Below are positions 13,367 to 25,039 of a stretch of 64,000 nt of DNA, piece by piece. The DNA is from Amoebophrya sp. A120 (Eukaryota > Protista > Dinoflagellata): NCBI GenBank assembly GCA_905178155.1, contig CAJINV010000020.1:248001-312000 (forward strand), written 5' to 3'. The position numbers and the translations under genes were made by a program. Numbering within the stretch: the first letter of the stretch is position 1; each line of letters starts with the position of its first letter. Below the pieces are notes generated by a model, which was given only the letters and a program-made list of their open reading frames with translations, searched no databases and was not told the DNA's origin.

Positions 13367-14271
13367 CTACTCGAATTCCCAATTAACTCGCAGGAGACTT
13401 TCTAATTTCTGCTTCTTGCTTTTATCGTCCTCGCCAGCTTCGTCGATCGGCACGCACCGCAATTCAAATCCGGCACGCTCGAGAGCAGGCTTTAGCAGAG
13501 GGTTCACACGAAATATCTTTCCCCACCAATTGGACTCCAGATTGTCGGTAGGGATCAAACCGTCAACAACGTCCCCAAACCGTATGGAGCCTCCTTTATT
13601 TCCCATTGCGGCCTGCCGTTCACAGATCGGCAAGATTTTGTCTGTTATCTCCTTTGCCTTCTTCTCGTTAAATTGAGAGCGTATTCCCCTCATTCGGTGC
13701 GCCGTGAGCTGCGGATTAATCTCGACCGTTGGAGCCGCGTCACCGACGAATTCAAGAATGCAAGTTTTCACCGGGTCCGGGATTCCGCCGCGCTCCGCAT
13801 AGCCAGTACGCTTTGCCGCCAAGAGATCCCAGACCTGTTTGGTATTGAAAGAATGGCAGGACTATAGATTGATGCAAAACAGACGAATCCAGTACGGGAG
13901 CACAAGTTTTCACGATACTACAAGTTTTCGACTCCGTGCACCTCTAGCTCTACTGCACTTTGGTTCATTTAAAGACCCAAAATACTTACATTGAGACAGA
14001 GATTGGCGACTTTTCTGCGAGACCGTCGCGGAGCCCGGTCATATTCGATATCGGCCACCTTCTTGTGCAGCTCGACCAGCGTGCGTCCGGGTGCGAATAA
14101 GGGAAACGGTGGCGGTGCAGGGGCGGGAAGCTGCTCCTGCGCAGGCTGGGCTGCTGCTGCTGCTTCTGCTTCTGCTGCAGCCGGTTGGGCCGGTGCGGCT
14201 GCAGCCGGTTGAGCCGGCGCTGCTGCTGCCGGTTGGGCTTGAGCCTGATTGCGATTCCGACGCGGCGGCAT
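13367..14271 (-). CDS. Unknown MPPRR-family protein, paralog 5 (~249 aa; intron 13835-13989)
   Basis: GTAAGT...CAG intron at LN|VWDL; conserved blocks. Confidence 0.88.
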
Positions 14272-14749
14272 GGTTATATATCGAGGGTGCAGTCCTGCAA
14301 GGAAGATTTGCGCTACCAAACGAAATTATCACACGAAAGGAGGCGCGAAACTGATTCACGCTTTCACTTATTGTTTTTCACTTTTTCTAGAAAAAATCGC
14401 TACCAAGAAGCCATTTGCGAAGTGAAGCATCAAGCCTATCTCACTAGAACACGAAAAGTACTCCGAAAATCTCCATGTTTTGTGTGTGTCACAATCACTT
14501 TCGCGAATCTATTAACACTGGAGATAACACTGGAGAGCTGTATGCATCCGAACTTTGTATGTGCGAACTTCTCACGATGTATCCCTCGTCCTCGCGTCAC
14601 AAGCGCGGAAGCACTAGTACTCGCTTTGACAGTATGAACAAGCCGGTACGCAGCAGAAAAAAATCACATCGGCGCAATCGACTGCTGTACAACTTACAGC
14701 GTAGATAAATCCGCCCAGAAATTTGTCAATGTCGTCGTCCTTTTGATTT

Positions 14750-15421
14750 TCACTTATACTTCAGCGCTTCAATGATTGCCAAGGTCCACGGGACCAGATC
14801 TTTTGGCGTTCTCGATGTGATCACGTTTCGATCTACCACGACCGGCGCGTCTACGAATTCTGCACCGGCGTTTTCCAAGTCGTCCTTTATTGCGTGAAAC
14901 GCCGTTACTTTCAAACCCTTGCACAGCGGTTGTCTGCTTTCCGGACAGCCCCCGTTGAGACTCTTCCTCGCGCTGCACAGCATCCACGGTCCGTGGCAGA
15001 TGGCGGCAACTGGTTTACTCTTCAGGAAGCAGTTGGTCACAAAGTCCTTCATCGCCGCGTCTCGGCGGTAGTAATCCGGTGCAAAGCCCCCGGGACAGAT
15101 GACCGCGTCGAAATCCGCGGGATTCGCATCGGATATGTGCTGATCGACGAGTGTTGGGTATCCGTATTTCCCGGTCACCTGGAGTGCAGAGAGAACAGAT
15201 CGAGGATTTTTAGTGCAGAAAAGGAAATTCAAATTCGTCGATCATCATGTGAAAAACCATTTTAAAAAACCACTTGATCTCACTTTCGTTCCTGGCTTGT
15301 GCAGGGAGATGTGCTTTACTTCCGCCCCCTCCTCCTGCAGTCGAATTTGCGGATAGCATACTTCCAGGTCCTCGTACGTGAAGTCTAGGATGATCGCAAC
15401 TCTCTTCCCCTTCAGCGCCAT
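14750..15421 (-). CDS. pfpI: DJ-1/PfpI family protein (PfpI/YhbO-like); intron 15179-15283
   Basis: GKRVAIIL..YEDLEV.YP..RLQEEGAEV, FDAVICPGGFAPD, nucleophile elbow AICHGPW, VVVDRNVITSRTPKDL. Confidence 0.92.
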
Positions 15422-16903
15422 GGTCTCCAGCTATCTGCTACGGTCGTAGTGTAAATGCTGAAAAAATTATGAAACTGGAAGGCTGGTACTCCTTTGTTGT
15501 AGTGTCTAAAAAAATGTTCTGCAGTGCGACTCGGGAAAATCAATACTTTTTTGGCCCTGCAGAATCGCCTGTATCATGTGGAAGACAAGGCTGAAGACAA
15601 GAACCTGTGCCACGAAGGCCGTTGATCACGATCTTACGCTCCTCCGAGCGGACAAAATAGAGGTCGCGGCGATGGTCATGGGGCAGGGGTACTAAAGTCC
15701 GATCTCCATCTGGCCGACGAGCGAGAGTAGGTACAGTGCCGCAACCGTAACTACTGCAGATCCTTTCTACTAGGAGATCACACACTTCACAAACAGATCC
15801 TCTCTTCTGGTGATCGCATCCTCGGGATCTTGTTTCATGACAGCGTACCAGCGCGCTGCCGGGGCTGGTCTCCAATAAATTTGCTTGCTCGACCCCGTTT
15901 ATTGGCACACTTTTCACTGAGAAACCGCATCCCGAGCAGCCTTTGAAGAATGTTCTTGAGAGTTCTCTGATTGGACAACACGTCTATGTCACATCATCTC
16001 TCGCCACCAGCACCCGTGACGGGTTCAGGGAATCTGTGCTGTCCGCAGCAAGAACTCCCGTCTAACCTCCATAGTGCATCAAGTTGGATTTTTTACAAAT
16101 GGTTCGTTCTTGTCACAAAAATCTATACAAAGCCTCCAATCGCGGTGAAGACTGCCTCGACATCTATGACTCCAATGGTGCTACAACTATTTGGTGCAAA
16201 ATTGATGTGCAACAGAGAACTGCGAAGAAGATTTTTCTCGCCTTATGCACAGAAGGACATACACGGTGGTCCGGAGACATGGTGTTGCGCAACACGGGTC
16301 AGGTAGCAGGGGCGCACTGCTACTGACGCTAATTACAACATTATGCGCTAGTTGTAACTCTATATACAAAACCTGAACTGCCAAAGAACATGAAAAGTCA
16401 CGTTTTGTCAAAAGAATGTTATTCAATTTTAGTGTCACCACAGCAGATTAAGTGTAGAAAATTAGGATGGTTGATTTCTGCTTCTTCGGGCCCTGCGTGC
16501 AGGCAATTTTTCTTTCTGGTCGACAAGTCGGACCTCCGGTGTGGGTCTTCTATCGCACCCCGGTGTAGAGCGGCTTGCGCTCTCCGGGCTTTTTCGCAGC
16601 GGCTGCCTTCTGCTTTGCGGCCGCCGGAGCGGTGACGCGGCCGGCATGGATGGAGTAGCTGTCAAACCGCTCGTTTCCGGTTGTCGGCGGCGTGCCCGTC
16701 CCGGTTGTCACTGAATTTATGTTTGAACATTCTTGTGGCATAAATAGTAAATCTTGTTTTTTCCTCCATGCATCTCACCACAAAAAAAAACGGTGCAGAC
16801 AACACAAAAAAAAACACCATACCGGGCGGCGCGTGGCGCACGGCGGGGCGGTAGTTCGGTACCCGCACCTCGGCAGTGGTGGAGTATGTGCAGGCCTTTT
16901 TGT

Positions 16904-19900
16904 TCACCATACTCGCATCGGGTGCACCTGTTGATAGAAATTTAGCAAAAAGATGAAGTTGCTTTTCAAGAGGCCGCATTGGGGGGCCAGTGGACGTCGC
17001 TGTACTTCTAAAGATAACCCACCCTCAGAGTCATAGCAAATTTTTCAACACGCCCGGCTCGCAAAAAAACTTCATTCAGCAATCCGCGCCGTACTTACAT
17101 GTGCTGACTTCCAAAAAAAACTCACAACACCTGTACCTTTCGCTTGCGAATTACTCACCGGCTGCGCGATAACCACCGGAACCCTTGGGTGCACAGCAGT
17201 GACGGTCGGCACGGCGGCTCCGGCCGCGAACGCCACCCCGCCGGTACCGTTCAAACAGCTCGGCGCGGCGCTGCCCTGCGCGGCGGCTTCCGTCCGCAAC
17301 TTCAAGGACAGAGCCGCCTGCGTTTGCTTGGTTTCGTGCGTCAAGTGCCGCGTTTGCTCCAGCAGGTGCTCCCGCTCGAGCTGCAGATTCGCGTTCCTCC
17401 GGACCAGACTTTCATTTTCCTGCACGGCTTGCACCAACTTCGTGCGCAGCGTGATTTCCCTCGCGGCAAGATGGCGGGCGGTGGGTTTTCGTTGGTCTAT
17501 GCAATACAAATTTGCTGTACATGTACAAAATGCATCACAAATTTCACCAACTTGGAGCATGCCACTTGTGATGCTGAATAGAATTAAAAGAAAGCCTTGT
17601 CATGCAGAAACCGCATTTGTACATGTACAGGAAATTTACTGTGGATATGGTCGGCGTCATTATTGTTCCTTCTCCTGGGCGGTTCATCACCTACTTCTGT
17701 GATGATTTCTGTGTTGTTGTGCACCACTACCGAGGAGCTGGAACTGCCGGACAAGCTGCACGCAGTCGTCCCGTCGTTCCTCGCAGCAGCCTCTACTTGG
17801 GCGGTCGTGTGTTCTTGCAGGAGTAGTTGTATCTCCTCCACCTCCGCAGGCGTCGTTTCCGCATTATAGGCCCGATTCAGGTGCGCCTTCAGTTCGGAAA
17901 TTTGCAGCACGTAGTCGCGGACAAATTTCTCGGCCTCCTGGTGCTTGTTCTGCTTGAGAAACTCGGTGCCGATCTTCGCACGTCGTTCGTACACCCGCTT
18001 TTCGTCTTCGAGCTCCTGAATTCGCCGCGCTAAACTGCTCAGCTGGTGCTCCTGGTAAAACAAAACTTCCGCCCAGAGCGCGTCCGCATGCTCGCTGGCC
18101 TCCACGGCTTCTAGGGAGGTTGTAGCGCTCGAATCTGAAAGTTCGTTGATGTGTGAGGATGATAATGCTTAACAATGTACTGTTTTGGGAAGTAAAGAGA
18201 TGTGCAACACCAACAAACAGGTGTATGTCTCTCTTTCCTTTAGAACTGGCTTTTATAAAGTATCTAGCATTTGCCCAGGAGCTGCACTAATCTCCACCTG
18301 CCACTCCCTTGCGCTCCTCGGCGAGGCGGATGCTGCGGTTGTTCAGTTGCGTATAGAGGTCGCCCGTATTTGCGTTCAGCGTACTGCGCAAAATCTCTAG
18401 CACGTCGTAGTGCGTCTGCAGGTACTGTCGCTCCTGTAACAGCGCCCAGCACGCCTGCCCATACGCGCCGCCCTGCCGTCCCTCGGCGAGCTCCGGATAC
18501 TTGGTCAAAAGCCTGAGGGAATTTCAATTTTGTATGAAGAAGCATGATCTTTTGTTTCCTCGGTTTTCTTCTTTCCTTTTTACGGTATATCTCGATGAGT
18601 TGAGCATGAGAAACACAAAGACGCATGCGAACCTACGCATCACAAAGAAATCTTAAGAGAACCTGTTCGGGTCTGAAACCAGGAACTCGTTGAAATCGTA
18701 ACCGAAGTTTTCCTCCCGCTCGTCGTCAAATTCCCGCTTTTATCCAAATGAAAAACCAGCCCTAGCACATCTCCTCAACGTCAACCGAGAGAAATGTCTT
18801 ATTTCTTTACGTGCGCACAAAAGGCTAAGGCATGTGCCTTGCACGTCGAAGAGGCAGAAACAAACGCCTGTTCGTCGCCTCGGCCCCCTATTCCACAACA
18901 ACATGCCTACATCCTCATCCGCAAGTCGTGGGAAGAAAAAAAATTTGCAAGACACTCTCCCGGTCGTGAAGAGAAGTACTAGATTGGCATTTTTCCCCTT
19001 CATAGCTCCTTCTGCGTGCCGACGTTTTCCGTGGGGCGGCGGAACTGCGCGACCTCGGATTTCAACGCGGTGATTTCTTCGTGCTTGGTATCAAAGAGAA
19101 AAAAGCCGCAACCCCATACAAAACAGAGAATTTCTGTTGCTGGATTTCTGTACACAAAGCAGCGTCGTGTTGCAGGAAGCGCTTGGAGGCTTTTTCTAAG
19201 CCTGGTTTGGTATGCAAAAGGCTAGCAGTTACGCATGGCAGACAGCTTTGCAGTAGGCAAAAGCGCATGACAGATTGGCTGTGGAATGCTCCCGATAGCT
19301 CCCAATTACACCACATGCAAGACAGACCTGCTTTGTGGTCACAAATCAGCATCACAAATTTCCAATCCGAGTATGGGAAGGGGAACTTTTTCCGTACGAT
19401 ACTTGGCTTCGGACTCCTCCTCCAACTGGGCTACCTTCATCTGCGCCTTGTTCTGCTCTGTGGTGGCGGTTTGGAGTTCCTGTTTAGTCGCCTCCAGGGC
19501 CTGCGTGAGTTCTTTCACGCGCGGGTGCATCTTGTCCAGCTCGCGCTTGAAGGCTTCGCCCTGCCGGGCGCCTTGCCGCACGTTCGCGAGCTCCGCGGTC
19601 AGCTCCGCCATGGCCTGTTTCATGTTCCCCAACTCGATCTCCAGACCCTGTGTGGAGGTGGGTACAGATTTGTATTTGTTCGATCGCAGCTTCAAAAGTA
19701 AGCAGAATTTCTTGAAAAGCAGGAGCCAGAACATGCATATCAACGCCTACTTCCGTAAAGGTGCAAAGACTCCGCAGGAGAGAAGTAAACTGTAACATGA
19801 AACAGTCCCCTTACGTCCGCCTGCTGGGCCTTTTTCCGCGTTCCCACCAGGTCTTGCTCCACGCTGTGCAGCTTCGCGCGGTAGTCCTGTTCCGCCGCTG

Positions 19901-22339
19901 CCACTTGTTCCTGGAACGCCTTTTGCATGCGCGCTTCGGACACGCTTCGCTCGTGCCGCAGCTGTTCATTTTCCCGGCGCAGCTCGGCAATCTGCTCCAG
20001 GTGGAAACGCACAGAAGGGTCCTGCTCTCCGGTTGTATGTTGCTTTATTGCATCAGCGCTTTTAATATCCACCCGGTCGGTGGAGGCCGCTGGTTGCGCT
20101 GCGGAGGTGGTGCTGGTGGGCTGCGACAGATCCGGTTGGAGGACGTGATCGCGGCCGGAGCGGCTGCCACCTGGTGTTGTTGTTCAGTTACATATTTTAT
20201 GCAATCTCTCACGAAGATCCTTGTCGGGTCGTTATTCTTTTGATAAGTGAAATTGTTGTCACTGCGTCGTGAAAGAAAGTACTAAATCACGTTGAAAACA
20301 ACGACAACCGTTGATTATAAACCAACAGAATCACTGTACGTCTCGACAACGCTGCTTGCTGTTCCTCCTCCGCACTGGTACTCGTCAGTGCCTCGTCCGC
20401 AAGTAAAGGGACTACTGCTTTCCCGGCGACCTCCGCCTTGCCCGTGACGCTACTCGCCAGCACGTTGCGCGCACTCCGCGGCACCAAAACCGCCGGCCGC
20501 AGGTCGTCCGCCGGTGTTGCGATGTCGAACGGGGAACCGACGCCCGCGAAACTGTTGTCGTTGGGAGTGTCGCCGCTGATTACAGGTGGCGCCGGCCGGC
20601 TGATGCTGTTCTCCCGCGACGCATCAACCTCCCGCGTACGTTGTTCTCCCGATGCGTAGTGGGGGAACGGTTCTTGATGTGCACTTGAAGTAGATGATGA
20701 AGAATTCTTGGGGTACTGATCCACAACTTCACCACCAAGAAGGAGCTGGTGCTCTTTTGGCTGATGTAGTTCCTCTGTGCGTTTGTTCTGCGTGGAGCTC
20801 TGCACCATCGGCGAATTTTCCTCGTCACTGTAATCCAAACTGTGGTTGCCCGGACTGCGGTTACTGCTCCCGCGCCAGCCGGCCACGTCTTCCAAGGTGG
20901 GCCCCCGGATGTCGCGCGCCGAGTGCAAAGAATCCTCTCCCGGGGTCGCAACAAACGCTCGCGGGTTATTCGGTATTTGCGCTGTTGATGTTCCTCCTGG
21001 TACTCCTGAAAATTCGTCCACCTGGTGGCAATCGTCCGCTGGTGGAAACGTACTGTTTTGATGCCTGGACGTCAAGCGTGAAGAACTCGCGGACGCGCTG
21101 GTTCCAATGATACGCTCCAGCTGCGCCTGGTCCGGTGTCCGAAGGCTTCTGTTGCCATGTTGTTGTTCGAGAAGTTGTTGTTCGTTACTGGATGTTGACG
21201 TCACCCCTACAACCTCACTCGCCGTCGACGTCGGATACTGTCGCGCCACGTAGTCCGCCAAGTGCTGCGGCGGTGCGGAGCTGGTGCTGCTCGACGCCTG
21301 CGGCTTGTTCAACACTACTGAGTGCGAAGACACTGCGGACCCGTAGCTGGACGTGTGCTGGGGCGCCGTCTGGGGCGTGCCACTATCGAACATGTCATCG
21401 GAGCTGTTGGTGGACCGCTCCCTTCCGAGGGGGACCACGAACGCGTTAGAGGCATTAGTGGCGTCAAATTGTTCTGTAGTTGTCGTATTTCCAGCTGTTG
21501 TCCTCGCCCCGGCCTGCTCCGCTGGGGCGTCCACCACGTCCTCCGTGTCTAAAACATCCTCCATATTCGGCCGCTCCGTCAGATTCGTGCTGGCCGCTGC
21601 GGTCGCAGGTGAGAGCTGCTCGTGCACGGGCGGGTGCATGTTGCGCAGGTCCAGCATCGGCACCCCGTCGGCCGAGAACCGCCGGCTCTTCGCTGACGCG
21701 GTGTCGGGCGTGGGCCGGGAAAGCAGGATGGTCTCCGGGCTGGCGTTGAGGCCTCCCGTCAGGGAACTTTGTCCGCGGTTCTTGCTTTCCCCGCCGGCAG
21801 ACAACGGCAACTCGGGCGTGCCGTGCTCCGCCGGGGTGTGGTAGGACATGTCGCTGTGCCGCATCTTCGTGGGCGGCGACGCGGCCACGCTGACCACCGG
21901 TGGGGTGTGCGGGTGGTCAGACGAAGTGGCGGATGGTTTATTCTCATTTTCGCCTGTTCTTTTTCCCGAAATCTGCTCGCCCTGTGGATTGCTGGACTGA
22001 GCGTTGGTTATTTTCACCTCCGCCGGCACGTCCTCGGGGGCCGTGTTGAAACCTGGATGAAATAACCAAGTATATGGAAAAAGCGCTGAATCTTTCAAAC
22101 CCAATTTTGACGTCCGTTCTTCCTTCTCGACCACTCTCTCGAAGTTCGGGCGCCAAGTAAGTTAAGCTTGCGCAAAATCATGCAATGTGGCAACAGGCGG
22201 CATGTTATGCAATAACACTGGATAATTTTACCTTCATCATCGTCCTCCCCATCGAATCCGCCTTCTGCGTAGTACTGATCTAGCCCGGAGCCCCACTCGT
22301 CCAGATTCGCGGGCGTCGCGCTACTGCTAGCGCTGCTCA
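16904..22339 (-). CDS. Large multi-exon protein: low-complexity N-terminal half and long coiled-coil C-terminal half; function unknown; 3' end uncertain
   Basis: Chain of minus-strand ORFs (22339, 22134-20287, 20072, 19743, 18508, 18105, 17560); the junctions checked join in frame via GT-AG or introner introns; heptad-rich E/Q/L/R sequence. Confidence 0.65.
17494..17648 (-). mobile_element. Introner (AT-CC)
   Basis: ~35-bp imperfect TIR containing AAATTTSCTGTACATGTACAAA; perfect TSD GACCA. Confidence 0.88.
18737..19005 (-). mobile_element. Degenerate introner (CT-AG)
   Basis: TAT...ATA ends; flanks GGAGC/AAAGC; restores TQKE-REFDD. Confidence 0.62.
19085..19402 (-). mobile_element. Introner (GT-AA)
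   Basis: Degenerate TIR TATC..GAAAAAG..CCCATAC; perfect TSD CCAAG; restores EAK-HEEI. Confidence 0.82.
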
Positions 22340-23131
22340 TGGTGCGAGAGGAAACGTGTGGTCCTCACAGCTGCATTTGTCAATGTGAAGCTCTTTTTCG
22401 TGTGGTGCTTTGTAAGTATACATTAATACATTTTTACCATGCTAAAACGAGTAGTGGAAATAATATCTTTGGCGGAGGCCATGATTTTTACGTCAATCTC
22501 CAGTTCCATGTAGTGGTGCCTTGCGGTGAAAATGATATCCAGCAAAAACGAAAAAAGAACCTACGGAAGTGTACAGAATGTACGGAAACAAGTTAAGTGT
22601 GAGATGAACCAGAAAGCAATTATAACCATGACAAAAATGCATATCCACTGCTGTTCAACTAGAAACTCCTTGCGCACCAAAAGCCTCCTCTCTCCTCGAA
22701 CCGGATGTGTTGTGTTGTACGTAGAAGTTCCTGTTGCCATAAAACGACGATACAAGGCAGCAGTTTCGACAAGTTGACGATCGAAGCCAAAATTCTTTCG
22801 CGACGATTATGGAAGAAACCACGACGACCTGAGAGGGCCGCAGCCGAACGCCCCGTCCGCAGCGCCGAGACGACGAAAATGGTGCGAACAGCATAAGTAA
22901 GTAAAAGCAAATTTCATCGAGAAGAACACGCACGCTTCATCAAATGCATGGGTTCTAGAAAAAAACCGCGTGTGGTTGATATGGTCAGCCAGTTTGAGGT
23001 GGCTGTTGTTGTAGTTGTTCCCAAACAATCTTACAATTATCTTTTTCTCCGCGCGAAACATAGTTTTGGCCCCTACTAGCTGCAAAGATTCATTTATCTT
23101 ACAAATAGATCACGACTGCATACAATCACCG

Positions 23132-24486
23132 CTATGAAACTTCAAAATACTCCCTATTTTCCAAACGCCGACCTTCTGCGACGAATTCCGCCACCTCGTC
23201 CCAGTTCCCAGGAACGTACTGCAAACAGACTGCGTTGACGCAGTGTCGCTGCGACCCCGGTCGGGTTTCGTTGAAAAACGCGTGCCCTAAATGCCCCTCG
23301 CACCGCCGACAAAGGATTTCGCACCGCTTTTTCGGAAAATCCAGCCGCAGCGCGACGTGGTACCCGTATTTTCCCCTGGAAAAGAGACACCGGTTGAAGG
23401 CCGGCCAGCCGTGGTGGTTACTGCGGAACCGGGAATCGGACCGGTAGAGCGGCAGGCCGCAGGCGGTACAGCGGAAGTAGCCTAAGACTACCATCGGGGG
23501 TGCGACGTGGGAGGTTGCGTCTGCTCCTGAGAATTGCGTAGGAGGAGGAGGAGCCTCACTGTATTTGTTCTTCCCCTGCGAAGAAGTAACGACGCCGGGA
23601 TTTGTATCGCCTGGTGTTACTGATTTAGCAATGCCAAAATACTGGTCCCAGTCTTTTTCCAAATCTGCCTTTTCCGTTCCTTCCTCCCGCATCACGTAAA
23701 ACGCTTCCGCGGAAAGCATTCTTTTCCACTCGTCGTTCGTCTTCTGCACAACAGAAAAAAGGCTATTCCTACTTTGTTTATGCATTTCCCCCGCACTCGT
23801 CCTCGGTACCATTTTGTCGCCCGCGAGCAACACGCTTGGGCTTTCCATCACTCTTTTCTGCAGCGTTTCCCACGTCACGAAGTTCTCGACCCAGTCGATT
23901 TGCTTCTTCTTCACGAATATCGAATGCGGATGTGTCTGGGTCTGAAAATAGAATGCAAGTCTGTCATGCTTGTCGCCCATGACTTTCAGCTCTGTGATGC
24001 ATGAGCAGGAAAAGCGCCACCTCTTGTCTGTCATGCAAAAACGCAGCTTGTCATGCAGAACACGCAACACACAGGAGCTCAAGACCTTGTCATGCTTGGC
24101 TGCGTATTGCAGTGCGCCTACCATTTGCAAATTAGCAGCACAAGTTTCCAGACCAAGACATATTCGCACTGGATAGCGAAGTTCTGAAAGTCCCCATCCG
24201 GGTCGTTGTTTAACGCCTGTTCGCTGCGCTCGATTTGCTCCTGCAGCTGCGTCATGTAATCCACACGCTTCCGCACCTTTTCCACCTCCGGCTTCGCCGT
24301 TTCCAGCGCGTCCCGCAGATTGTCGGCAATTCCCTGGGAGGACCTCCGCACGGCGCTGGCGCGCTTCAAAAGCTCGTCTACATTCAGGGCGGACGTACGG
24401 GGGGCAGTGGAGGGGCTTGAGGTGGACGTCGGTGAAGACGGCGAGAGTGGGGTGCTCAGTTGTACGGATGTTGACGCGAGGGGCAT
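23132..24486 (-). CDS. msrB: Methionine-R-sulfoxide reductase B with N-terminal coiled-coil extension; intron 23914-24176
   Basis: EWKRMLS.EAFYVMREEGTE, CTACGLPLY, GWPAF, EILCRRCEGHLGHAF, catalytic RHCVN; start at first ATG is inferred. Confidence 0.88.
23914..24176 (-). mobile_element. Introner family B (CT-CG) in msrB
   Basis: TIR TATC..TGC..ATRTGTCTKGGTCTG; TSD TTCGC/TTCGT; homologous to 44940-45190. Confidence 0.88.
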
Positions 24487-25039
24487 TTTTGCTTTGAGCG
24501 CAAGGACGGGGCTTGGGGTTTGTTGAATCACATTTACTTCTGTGCGAAACGGGTTGAACTTGAACGACACTTGGATCGGGTGTGTGTGTTTTAGATAAGA
24601 AGAGCAGTTGACATTAATGCAGAAGGGTTGGGTTCAGGGTTCTGTACATGAAAGAGCATTATTCTATCGAAGAGGACCTCCAATCCGTCAGCGGTGGCCG
24701 AAGAGCGGGCAATTACCGTCTTTGGCTTTCTTTGCTGGACATCTTGGAAAATAAGAGTATCAACCGAGGATGTAGTACCAACCGATGTGTAGAAAACACC
24801 TCCAGAAGAACACTTACAGAACTATCCGCCCTAGCGGAGATATGCCACTTGTTGTGCGCTCTCTCTTCTGCTCGCGCTGTTGTATAGCCTTTCATTGTCA
24901 TGTGTATGCGAAATCTAATGCGAAGTTCAAGTTCAGTTGTGTATTCCCAAGTAAATAAAACAAAGCGATAGCACAGGCGCCGCGAGCAGTTCTGATTCAT
25001 GAGGACTGAAGAACCCGAGGAACACCGTCCCGCTCCTCT

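Noticed and set aside
3348-14271. Repeated two-gene module (toxin-antitoxin-like pairs) suggested by the ORF track
   Set aside because: Each pair is joined by a GT-AG intron at the same codon into a single protein
15540-16700. Short ORFs between pfpI and the coiled-coil gene
   Set aside because: No homology cues or consistent splice structure
23914-24169. Extra N-terminal domain of MsrB ([10 protein letters not shown]...) also seen at ~44950 and ~56770
   Set aside because: It is the translation of family B introner sequence, not a protein domain
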